A DNA stretch of 64,000 nucleotides. Source: Nitrospirota bacterium. Its GTDB lineage: Bacteria; Nitrospirota; Thermodesulfovibrionia; Thermodesulfovibrionales; SM23-35. The position numbers and the translations under genes were made by a program. Positions 10,104 through 18,979 of the stretch are shown one piece after another; position 1 is the stretch's first letter; the number at the start of each line of letters is the position of its first letter. The stretch spans positions 13,390 to 77,389 of the forward strand of contig JACAFE010000018.1 of assembly GCA_013388435.1 (NCBI GenBank), given 5' to 3'. The notes beneath the pieces are model-generated. The model was not told the DNA's origin, did no database searches, and saw only the letters and a list, made by a program, of their open reading frames with translations.

Positions 10104-13100
10104 ATGTGGCTTGCTGATATATCTATAAAAAGACCTGTTTTCGCAACAATGGTTATTCTCGGATTGGTTATCCTCGGGATAGTCAGTTATCCGAGAATCG
10201 GGGTTGACCTATTTCCAAAAGTTGAATTCCCAATAATAAATATCACAACAACTTTAAAAGGCGCAAATCCCGATATTATGGATATAGATGTTACTGATCA
10301 GATAGAAGGTGCTGTAAATACAATTGAGGGAGTTAAGGGAATTATATCAACAAGCACCGAAGGAGTTTCAGTTGTAACAGTTGAATTTGTTCTGGAGAAA
10401 AATATTGATATCGCTTTACAGGATGTGAGGGAAAAGCTTTCGGTCATCAGAGGAAAACTCCCTAAAGATATTGATGATCCTATCATTGAAAAAGTCGATC
10501 CTGACGCAGCACCTATTATGTGGTTTTCTTTATCAGGACAGAAATCTGTGCGTGAATTATCAACTTATGCGGATGAAGTGTTAAAAGAACAATTTCAAAG
10601 AATCAAAGGTGTTGGCTCTATAAGATTGGGAGGACTCCGCACAAGACAGGTAAGAATATGGCTTGAAAGGGATAGGCTGAATGCTTATGGCATAACCGCT
10701 AATGACGTTATGAATGCCCTTGCAAGAGAGAATATTGAACTTCCAGGCGGCAGAATTGAAACAGAATCAAAAGAATATTTGGTAAAAATCAAAGGAGAAT
10801 TTCCTGATGTTCAGAAGATAAATGATTTGATTATATATTATTCTAATGGTGCTCCTGTTAGATTAAAAGACATAGGCAGAGCCGAAGATTCAATGGAAGA
10901 GATACGTTCGATCGCAAGGTTTAACGGTATTCCTGCTGTAGGTCTCGGCATACAAAAACAATCAGGCACAAATACTGTTGAAACAATTGACAGAATTAAA
11001 AAAGAACTCGTTCATATAAGAAGCATGCTTCCTGCAGGCATGAAACTGGATATTTCTTTTGACCAGTCAGATTTCATAAAAAAGTCAATAAGAGAAGTTC
11101 AATACCATATGATATACGGCGGAATTTTGGCAATATTAATTGTCTTTATTTTCCTGAAAGATCTAAGAACGACTTTAATTAGCGCTCTGGCAATTCCCAC
11201 TTCTGTAATTTCAACATTCACTTTAATGAATGTTTTTGATTTTACTTTTAATAATATGACCATGCTTGCCCTGTCGCTTTCAATAGGAATACTAATTGAT
11301 GACGCTATTATTGTTATAGAAAACATTCACAGACATATTGACAAGGGACTGCCTCCTATGGAAGCAGCATCCGTTGCAACAAAGGAAATAGGACTTGCTG
11401 TTATGGCGACAACCCTTGCGATAGTTGCGATATTTTTACCTGTCGCATTTATGAAAGGACTTGTTGGAAGATTTTTTGTGCAATTTGCGTTAACAGTGGT
11501 ATTCTCGGTAATGGTATCATTATTTGTTTCTTTTACACTTACACCAATGATGGCATCAAGATATTTAAAAAAGATAACAAATCATCATTTATCCGAACAC
11601 AAAAATAAAAATATTTTTAAACGGTTATCTGAAATACTTGAAAATTGGTATAAAAAAATTGAAGAAGCATATAGAAATTTATTGAAAATCGCTTTAAAGC
11701 AAAGAGCAATTGTTATTATTACAGCAATTGCAATTTTTATATTCAGTATTTTTCTTACAGCTTTTATAGGCAAGGAATTTGTACCACCTGAGGATCAATC
11801 AAGATTCCTTATAAGGCTCAAAGCTCCTATTGATTATTCTGTTCATGAAGCGGACAGAATGTTCAAGAAGGCTGAAGATATTGTAATGTCAGAACCTGAA
11901 GTCAGAACTTGTTTTTACGCACTTGGTCTTACCATGGGACAGGTTAACAGAGGCATTATGTTTGTATCTTTAAAACCAAGGCATGAAAGGAAAAGATCGC
12001 AGCAGGATATAATGGCTGATGTCAGAAAAAAGATGATGAATATTGTCGGGCTTGAAGGAACTGCGGAGGACATTTCACTTATTGGAGGAGGGGTCAGAAA
12101 TGTTCCAATACAATATTCTATTCGCGGCAGTGATCTGAAAGCTGTTGAAGCTTACTCAAAACAAATATTCAATGAATTCAGAAAAATTCCTGGTATTGTT
12201 GATGTTGATTCTTCACTCGAAACAGGCAAACCAGAGATAAGGGTTTATATTGATAGAGACAAAGCTGCTGATCTTGGAGTTGATGTTGCATCAGTTGCTG
12301 AGGCTGCAAATTTTCTCATAGGCGGAGAAGTGGATGTATCAAAGTTTAAAGATGAATCTAAAGGACGAAGATATGACATTAGAGCAAGATTAACGCCTGA
12401 TGATAGATATTCATCTTCTGATATAGGAAGGATTTATGTGAGATCAAAAGATGGAAGACCTGTAGAGATTTCAAATATTGTGAGCATAAAAGAGGCTGGA
12501 GGTCCAAGTGTTATTAATAGAGTTGACCGTTTAAGAGCAGTAACTCTGTTTGCAAATCTTGAAAACAAGACATTGGGCGAGGCGAAAGAACAGCTTGATG
12601 CTATAGCTGCAAAGGTATTGCCACCGGGTTATTCTGGAACGTATAAAGGTATGGCTGATGTAATGGGAGAATCTTTTTTCTATTTAATGTTCGCTCTTAT
12701 TCTCGGAGCTGTTCTTGCTTATATGATTCTTGCGGCACAATATGAAAGTTTTATACATCCTGTAACAGTTTTAATATCAATGCCCCTATCTTTTATTGGA
12801 GCATTTGGTGCATTATTTATAACAGGGAAGACCATAAATCTTTTCAGTCTTATTGGATTGATATTACTTATGGGGCTTGTTAAAAAGAATGCTATTTTAC
12901 TTGTTGATTACACAAATACTTTGAGGAAAAGAGGACTCGAAAGGAAAGAAGCTATACTTACCGCAGGTCCAATAAGATTAAGACCGATTTTAATGACTAC
13001 TTTTGCGATTGTATTCGGCATGTTACCAATAGCTCTCGGTATAGGCGAGGGGGCTGAAACAAGAGCACCAATGGCAATATCAACCATTGGTGGATTAATA

Positions 13101-13199
13101 ACTTCATTATTCTTAACCCTTGTTGTTGTTCCTGTTGTTTATGATTTATTCGATGAATTGCAGGAAAAACTAAAAAGGAAAAAAGGAGCGTTAAACTAA
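10104..13199 (+). CDS. RND (AcrB/HAE1-type) efflux permease
   Basis: 1031 aa with a 12-TM, two-large-loop architecture. The TM4 proton-relay motif is GILIDDAIIVIENI. Confidence 0.92.
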   Translation: MWLADISIKRPVFATMVILGLVILGIVSYPRIGVDLFPKVEFPIINITTTLKGANPDIMDIDVTDQIEGAVNTIEGVKGIISTSTEGVSVVTVEFVLEKNIDIALQDVREKLSVIRGKLPKDIDDPIIEKVDPDAAPIMWFSLSGQKSVRELSTYADEVLKEQFQRIKGVGSIRLGGLRTRQVRIWLERDRLNAYGITANDVMNALARENIELPGGRIETESKEYLVKIKGEFPDVQKINDLIIYYSNGAPVRLKDIGRAEDSMEEIRSIARFNGIPAVGLGIQKQSGTNTVETIDRIKKELVHIRSMLPAGMKLDISFDQSDFIKKSIREVQYHMIYGGILAILIVFIFLKDLRTTLISALAIPTSVISTFTLMNVFDFTFNNMTMLALSLSIGILIDDAIIVIENIHRHIDKGLPPMEAASVATKEIGLAVMATTLAIVAIFLPVAFMKGLVGRFFVQFALTVVFSVMVSLFVSFTLTPMMASRYLKKITNHHLSEHKNKNIFKRLSEILENWYKKIEEAYRNLLKIALKQRAIVIITAIAIFIFSIFLTAFIGKEFVPPEDQSRFLIRLKAPIDYSVHEADRMFKKAEDIVMSEPEVRTCFYALGLTMGQVNRGIMFVSLKPRHERKRSQQDIMADVRKKMMNIVGLEGTAEDISLIGGGVRNVPIQYSIRGSDLKAVEAYSKQIFNEFRKIPGIVDVDSSLETGKPEIRVYIDRDKAADLGVDVASVAEAANFLIGGEVDVSKFKDESKGRRYDIRARLTPDDRYSSSDIGRIYVRSKDGRPVEISNIVSIKEAGGPSVINRVDRLRAVTLFANLENKTLGEAKEQLDAIAAKVLPPGYSGTYKGMADVMGESFFYLMFALILGAVLAYMILAAQYESFIHPVTVLISMPLSFIGAFGALFITGKTINLFSLIGLILLMGLVKKNAILLVDYTNTLRKRGLERKEAILTAGPIRLRPILMTTFAIVFGMLPIALGIGEGAETRAPMAISTIGGLITSLFLTLVVVPVVYDLFDELQEKLKRKKGALN

Positions 13200-13200
13200 T

Positions 13201-14292
13201 ATGGAAGAAGTAAAACAAAACAATAATGGCAAAAGAAAAAAAATCGCATTCGTTGTTTTTGCAATTTTTATCGTTCTTTGTTTAGTTGCTGTTATTTTTT
13301 ATTTAAGATACAAGGCAACCCATATTACAACAGACGATGCATATATCGACGGACGCATTCATTCAATAGCTTCAAAAGTTACGGGTACGGTCAAAGCAGT
13401 TTATGTCAGAGAAAATCAACCTGTCAAAAAGGGTGATTTACTTCTTGAAATTGATTCAGTTGATTATGAAGTCAGGGTAAAGGAAGCTTCCTCGGGCGTA
13501 AGCGCCGAGAAATCAAAACTTTCAGAGATAGAAACACGCATAGTGGTCTCAAAAAATCAGATGTCAGAATTGATCGCAGCGCTCGAAGCAGCTAAAGCAA
13601 ATCTTGAATTACAGGAAGCAAATCTTAGACAGGCAGAAAGAGATAAAGGAAGGGCAGAAAAGCTTTTCAAGTCTGACACAATTTCAAGGGATAGATATGA
13701 AAAAATGCTGACAGCCCATGGAATTGCTCTTGCACAGGCAAAAGCTGCAAGGGAACAGGTAATAAAAGCAGAGAAATCTGTCGAGACACAGAAAGCTGTT
13801 ATAAAACAGATTGAATCCTTAAGAGAAGCCCAACGTTCGGCTATTTCCGAGAAGTTATCAAAATTGGAGGCTGCAGAATTAAGTTATAGTTATACGAAAA
13901 TATATGCTCCATCAGATGGCTATGTAACAAAGAAATCTGTAGAAGTAGGGAATCAAATTCAGGCCGGACAACCTCTGATGGCTGTTGTTTCACTGGATGA
14001 CATTTGGATTAATGCAAATTATAAAGAAACCCAGCTTGAAAAAATAAAACCCGGACAAAAAGTAAGAATCAAAGTTGATTCATATCCTAAAAGAATATTT
14101 AAGGGGAAAGTCGAAAGTATTATGGCTGGGACAGGAGCAGTGTTTTCTTTGTTCCCGCCTGAAAACGCAACAGGGAATTATGTCAAGGTCGTTCAGAGAA
14201 TTCCTGTGAAAATACTGCTTGATAAAGACACAGACCCTGAGCATGTTTTGCGGATAGGAATGTCAGTAGTTCCAACTGTTCTTGTAGAATAG
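13201..14292 (+). CDS. HlyD/EmrA-type membrane fusion protein
   Basis: 363 aa with a single N-terminal TM, a long coiled coil and a C-terminal barrel. It lies directly upstream of an EmrB-like MFS pump. Confidence 0.85.
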   Translation: MEEVKQNNNGKRKKIAFVVFAIFIVLCLVAVIFYLRYKATHITTDDAYIDGRIHSIASKVTGTVKAVYVRENQPVKKGDLLLEIDSVDYEVRVKEASSGVSAEKSKLSEIETRIVVSKNQMSELIAALEAAKANLELQEANLRQAERDKGRAEKLFKSDTISRDRYEKMLTAHGIALAQAKAAREQVIKAEKSVETQKAVIKQIESLREAQRSAISEKLSKLEAAELSYSYTKIYAPSDGYVTKKSVEVGNQIQAGQPLMAVVSLDDIWINANYKETQLEKIKPGQKVRIKVDSYPKRIFKGKVESIMAGTGAVFSLFPPENATGNYVKVVQRIPVKILLDKDTDPEHVLRIGMSVVPTVLVE

Positions 14293-14295
14293 CCT

Positions 14296-15828
14296 ATGAA
14301 TAAATGGATTGTAGCTTTAACAGTAATGCTTCCGACATTAATTGAGATAATTGACACATCTGTTGTCAATGTCTCATTAGACCATATTCGTGGAAGCCTG
14401 TCTGCAGGAATTGATGAATCAACATGGTCAATAACTTCATATCTTGTGTCAAATGCAATAATAATTCCAATGACAGGATGGCTGAGCAAGCTATTTGGCA
14501 GAAAAAAATACCTTATAATGTCAATTGTTTTATTCACTGTCAGTTCCTTCCTTTGCGGTGCTGCATGGAGCCTGCAGAGTCTTGTATTTTTCAGAATATT
14601 ACAGGGAATTGGCGGAGGCGCTTTACAGCCACTATCTCAGTCAATATTGCTTGAAACATTTCCTCCAAGACAGCATGGCATCGCAATGGCTGTATTTGGA
14701 ATTGGAATTATGTTCGGTCCGATTATTGGACCTCTGCTCGGTGGATGGATAACAGATAATTGGTCATGGCACTGGATATTTTTTATAAATGTTCCGATTG
14801 GCATAATATCAATCATCCTCACCTTACTGGTTATTAAAGATCCTCCTTATATGAAGAAAATGAAGATGAAGATTGATTACTGGGGATTGGCTTTTCTTGC
14901 ACTCGGACTCGGTTGTCTTCAAATTGTTCTCGACAAGGGTCAACAGGAAAACTGGTTTTCATCAAACTTTATTCTCTGGCTTAGCATAACTTCAGCAGTC
15001 TCTATAATTGCTTTTATCATTGTAGAATTAAACTCAGAACACCCTGTTGTTAATCTTCGGGTATTCAAAATAAAGACTTTCAGTCTCGGAAACATCATAA
15101 TGTTTATGGGTTTTTTCAATTTATTTGCGAGCATTGTACTTCTCCCAATTTATCTGCAAACACTTATGGGATATACTTCTTTTCTTGCGGGTTTTGTTCT
15201 TGGTCCCGGTGGCATAGCAACATTAATAGCATTGCCTGTTGCAGGTTCTCTCGTTAATAAAGTGAATCCAAAATATCTTTTAATATTTGGAATTATGGTT
15301 AATGCTTATGCAACACACTTGATGTCCAATTTTAATCTTCAGGCTGATTTTTATGCTGTAATCTGGCCGAGAATTGTTCTGGGTATTGGGATGGGATTCT
15401 TTTTCATTCCATTAACAACTGTTACAATGTCAGTAATCAAAAGAGAAGATATGGCAAATGCAACAGGCATTTATAATTTAATAAGAAATCTCGGAGGAAG
15501 TTTCGGGGTCGCATTCGTCACAACAGTACTTTCAAGACGTGCTCAGTTTCATCAAAACCATCTTATTGAAAATTTAACACCATTTGATTCAGCCTATCAA
15601 TTATACACAGAAAAAGCGTCCGGTCTTTTACAATATAAAGGATTTGAAAGTTTTACCTCAGATCATGGCAGTTTAGGAATAATATATAGAGAACTATTAA
15701 GACAGTCATCCATGTTATCCTTCAATGATGCGTTTTACCTTGTCAGCGTACTCATGATTTCAATATTGCCACTGGTGTTTTTAATGAAACGCGCAAAATA
15801 TTGCTCAGGCAGCCAGGGGATACATTAA
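14296..15828 (+). CDS. MFS DHA2 (EmrB/QacA-type, 14-TM) drug:H+ antiporter
   Basis: 510 aa. MFS motif A is GWLSKLFGRKK, and the hydrophobic pattern is consistent with 14 TM. Confidence 0.9.
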   Translation: MNKWIVALTVMLPTLIEIIDTSVVNVSLDHIRGSLSAGIDESTWSITSYLVSNAIIIPMTGWLSKLFGRKKYLIMSIVLFTVSSFLCGAAWSLQSLVFFRILQGIGGGALQPLSQSILLETFPPRQHGIAMAVFGIGIMFGPIIGPLLGGWITDNWSWHWIFFINVPIGIISIILTLLVIKDPPYMKKMKMKIDYWGLAFLALGLGCLQIVLDKGQQENWFSSNFILWLSITSAVSIIAFIIVELNSEHPVVNLRVFKIKTFSLGNIIMFMGFFNLFASIVLLPIYLQTLMGYTSFLAGFVLGPGGIATLIALPVAGSLVNKVNPKYLLIFGIMVNAYATHLMSNFNLQADFYAVIWPRIVLGIGMGFFFIPLTTVTMSVIKREDMANATGIYNLIRNLGGSFGVAFVTTVLSRRAQFHQNHLIENLTPFDSAYQLYTEKASGLLQYKGFESFTSDHGSLGIIYRELLRQSSMLSFNDAFYLVSVLMISILPLVFLMKRAKYCSGSQGIH

Positions 15829-15851
15829 AGATCTTTTAAATAATACAGGTA

Positions 15852-17693
15852 CTATTTAATATTCATTACTTTGTAGAGTTCTTTGCTTAATTTTTTAAAC
15901 TCATATGGTTTGGTAATAACACCTAAAAAACCATATGTTTGATAGTTCGCCATAACAGGATCATTTGAATATCCGCTTGAAACAATAGCTTTTGCCGAAG
16001 GGTCGAATTCCAGTATTTCTTTTATTGCGTCCTTACCACCAACACCACCGGGCACAGTTAAATCCATTATAATAATATCGTAAGGCTTATCTGATAATTT
16101 CGCTTCCTTATATTTTTTTATTGCTTCAAGACCTTCTATAGCAAATTCCACTTCATAACCGAGATCAACAAGCATATCTCGAATGGTTTCTCTTACCATC
16201 TCTTCATCATCCATTACAAGAACTCTGCCTTTTCCTTTATACAATTTATCTTCACTTGTTTCTTCATCTATTGATTCTGTATCAGAGGCTGGCAGATATA
16301 TATTGAAGACGCTTCCTTTACCATATTCTGAATCAACTGTTATAAATCCACTATGATTTTTTATTATTGAATAAGCTATAGCAAGACCAAGCCCTGTGCC
16401 TTTATGTTTTGTCGTAAAATACGGGTCGAATATTTTATCTAAAAGTTCTTTCGGTATTCCTGTGCCAGAATCCCTGATAGAAATCATAACATACATGCCT
16501 TCGGGAATGCGCAAAGATTCATGTTTTTTTATTTTAATATTATTTACACTGATGATTATTTTTCCGCCATCAGGCATAGCCTGTTCAGCATTTATGACAA
16601 GGTTGTGGATTACCTGGCTTAATTGCCCTTTGTCTGCTTCAACTGGTAATATATTTTCATCTACATTAAATTCACACTTAATATTTGACCCTCTTAATGC
16701 AAATTCAGCAGAGTCTTTTATTAATTCGACAACAGAGGTTGTCTTTTTTACAGGAGCTCCACCTTTAGAAAATGTCAGTAGTTGCTGTGTAAGGTCTATT
16801 GCTCTTATTGACGCTCTCTCAACAGCATCGAGGCGCGGGTATATTTTGTCGGATGGATTGATCCACATCTTAACAAGAGAAATATTTCCAAGTATAGCAG
16901 TCAATATATTATTAAAATCATGCGCTATCCCTCCTGCGAGAATGCCGAGGGACTCAAGCTTATGCGCCCTTAATATTTCCTGCCATTCATATAATTTGTT
17001 GTGCATACTATTCATGGTTATCATCTGACTAATATACTCGGAAAGCAAAATTAAAAGTCTTATCGTTTCTGTATCAAAAGTTTCAGGCAGTAAATGACTG
17101 AAATTTATTACGCCTATTATTTCATTTTCATTAACCAGTGGAGCTGAAAGCAAGGAACCTATTTTTACACCGATATCCATTTCAAAAAATTTTGGCTCAT
17201 TCTTCACATCAGGGACAAAAATATACCTGCCTGTCTCCGCCACCATCCCTGCGATCCCCTCCCCTATTTTTAGTATTGTTTTTTTTGCTGTTTTCTGACG
17301 CTCGTTTTCATTTTTACTGCACCCCGCTATTACTTTCAGATATTCATTTCTTTCATCTTTGAGCATAATAGAACAGTTATCAAAATCAAGCTCATCCGAA
17401 AGTATCTGTGTTGTTTTTTTACAAAATATTTCGAGTGTCAAAATTTCTTTGTTGAGTTTCCCGATTTTAATAAGAGCTGAAAATACTCTTATTGATTTTT
17501 CATAAAATATTTCAGCATTATTAAGTGTATTGATACAGAGATGAGAATATTTTTTTTGTCTTTGGATTTCATTATTTATCTTTTTCGCAATCATTGCGTC
17601 ATGCTCTGAAAGCTTATCAAGAGAAACAGGCGAGTATCCCTTTTCAGTAAAAGAATTCTCTATCCATTGGTCAATAGAATACTTTTCAATCAT
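15852..17693 (-). CDS. Hybrid sensor histidine kinase (cytoplasmic GAF - HisKA - HATPase - receiver)
   Basis: 613 aa. The H-box is GGIAHDFNNILTAILG, with ATPase boxes HNLVINAEQAM, DSGTGI and GTGLGLA. The C-terminal receiver reads VLVMDDEE...IIIMDLTVPG. No TM segments are obvious. Confidence 0.85.
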   Translation of the reverse strand: MIEKYSIDQWIENSFTEKGYSPVSLDKLSEHDAMIAKKINNEIQRQKKYSHLCINTLNNAEIFYEKSIRVFSALIKIGKLNKEILTLEIFCKKTTQILSDELDFDNCSIMLKDERNEYLKVIAGCSKNENERQKTAKKTILKIGEGIAGMVAETGRYIFVPDVKNEPKFFEMDIGVKIGSLLSAPLVNENEIIGVINFSHLLPETFDTETIRLLILLSEYISQMITMNSMHNKLYEWQEILRAHKLESLGILAGGIAHDFNNILTAILGNISLVKMWINPSDKIYPRLDAVERASIRAIDLTQQLLTFSKGGAPVKKTTSVVELIKDSAEFALRGSNIKCEFNVDENILPVEADKGQLSQVIHNLVINAEQAMPDGGKIIISVNNIKIKKHESLRIPEGMYVMISIRDSGTGIPKELLDKIFDPYFTTKHKGTGLGLAIAYSIIKNHSGFITVDSEYGKGSVFNIYLPASDTESIDEETSEDKLYKGKGRVLVMDDEEMVRETIRDMLVDLGYEVEFAIEGLEAIKKYKEAKLSDKPYDIIIMDLTVPGGVGGKDAIKEILEFDPSAKAIVSSGYSNDPVMANYQTYGFLGVITKPYEFKKLSKELYKVMNIK

Positions 17694-18525
17694 ATAAAAA
17701 TACCCTGCTTGAAAACATATCTTTTTCTATCTTTTTTTCAATTTCTCTAATATCATTATTCGAAAGCTTTAATAATCCAAGGGCATTATCATCGAGTTTA
17801 TGTTTAACGGCTCTTTCAAATGCACCATAAGAATTTATTGAGCTTAAATAATCGGCTATGTGAACAATTGAAACAGATTTATCTTCTGTTAAGTCAGGAC
17901 TGTGATGAAAATATACTGAATTTTTTACGTTATCAGGAAGTCTCCATTGTTTTGCGAGCCAGAAACCTATATCAGAATGAGTATAACCAAGAACTTTTTT
18001 TTCAGCATCACATAAAAATATTCCATCCTTAAATTCTTTTATAACAGGGTAATAAGTATCTGCCATATATGAATTCAAGAGCAAAAGTCCTATATCATGC
18101 AACATCCCGCAAAGAAAGATTTCATTACCACTGTCAAAATCCAGTAATTCAGCGATCATTTTAGAAACAATACCAACAGCTACACTATGTTTAAAAAGCC
18201 TGCTGTTACTCAGCGGACCGCTGTTATTTCTTTTAATCAATAAAGTAAAAAGAGCGATTCCAATAGCTATATTTTTTATATTATTGAAACCAATTCTTAC
18301 TATAGCGTTATTTATAGAAGTATTTGGTATTTCCGTACCAAAATAAACAGAATTTGAGACACTAAGGATTTTAGCTGAAATAGCAGGATCATTTTCTATA
18401 ATGCTCTCGAGCTTTTCAATCGAAATTAAATCATCGGATGTGAGATTGACGATTTCCTGAGCGACAACAGGTAGTGTTGGTATTTTTGTAATTTTTCTCA
18501 TAAATAAATGCACAACATCATTCAT
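17686..18525 (-). CDS. HDOD domain signalling protein
   Basis: 279 aa with an HDOD-type sequence (LPTLPVVAQEIVNL...ISAKILSVSNSVYFG...HSVAVG...GMLHDIGLLLL). It overlaps the kinase start by 8 nt, so the two are probably co-translated. Confidence 0.8.
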   Translation of the reverse strand: MNDVVHLFMRKITKIPTLPVVAQEIVNLTSDDLISIEKLESIIENDPAISAKILSVSNSVYFGTEIPNTSINNAIVRIGFNNIKNIAIGIALFTLLIKRNNSGPLSNSRLFKHSVAVGIVSKMIAELLDFDSGNEIFLCGMLHDIGLLLLNSYMADTYYPVIKEFKDGIFLCDAEKKVLGYTHSDIGFWLAKQWRLPDNVKNSVYFHHSPDLTEDKSVSIVHIADYLSSINSYGAFERAVKHKLDDNALGLLKLSNNDIREIEKKIEKDMFSSRVFLYD

Positions 18526-18805
18526 AAATATATAATCCTTTATTTAAAAAAATAAATTCTGTCTTTATTTTCGGATTTATCAAAAATAAACTTTAATCTA
18601 CTAAAATACTTTTTTAATGATTTTAAGATTCCTGACATACGTTCAGAATGATAAGCAAAGATTTTGGCATGATAACTTTCTCATCCTCTTGAGAAATGGG
18701 ATGAAGAAGGTTGTACTATCAAAAAATAAACATTTTTAACATCTGTATTATTTCAAATACATTTTCAGGATTAAGAAATTTTTTAAGTATTATTATGAAA
18801 TTTCA

Positions 18806-18836
18806 TTGACAAAATATTTTAAAATTATGGTAAAAT
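18806..18836 (+). promoter_or_regulatory. Near-consensus sigma70 promoter with extended -10, on the strand opposite both flanking genes
   Basis: TTGACA (18806-18811), 19-nt spacer, TGgTAAAAT (TG 18828-29, hexamer 18831-18836). Confidence 0.4.
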
Positions 18837-18842
18837 TTCAGA

Positions 18843-18976
18843 GTTAAAATTAATGCTGCCTCTTTAATCTCTGAAACTGCATTCAGAAACTTTCGGAGAC
18901 AGATTTCAGGTTGGGGCAGAGGCGATATTACACTGTGGATTGACTCCCACATAGTCTCTGTCCCTTTTCTTTTCTC
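18843..18976 (+). ncRNA. Candidate ~130-nt small RNA (family unknown)
   Basis: Bounded by the promoter above and a strand-specific intrinsic terminator (18913-18976). There is no ORF. The body is GC-richer than the surroundings and has several short helices, e.g. CTGAA/TTCAG at 18871-18886. GCCTCT (18858-63) is complementary to AGAGGC (18918-23), which lies in the terminator 5' arm. Confidence 0.35.
18913..18976 (+). terminator. Plus-strand intrinsic terminator
   Basis: The 11-bp stem pairs GGGGCAGAGGC (18913-23) with GTCTCTGTCCC (18954-64): 9 Watson-Crick pairs plus 2 G-U pairs that only work on the + strand. An inner helix pairs TGTGG (18934-38) with CCACA (18947-51). The tail is TTTTCTTTTCTC (18965-76). 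Confidence 0.5.
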
Positions 18977-18979
18977 AAT

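Noticed and set aside
16396-17028. 210-aa plus-strand ORF
   Set aside because: It is antisense to the well-supported histidine kinase, has no recognisable motifs, and is a typical shadow ORF.
18841-18965. Possible tRNA or tmRNA-like gene in the GC-richer patch downstream of rpoD
   Set aside because: I could build no cloverleaf. The only acceptor-like pairing spans 66 nt. The T-loop-like hairpin has an 8-nt loop and no GTTCRA motif.
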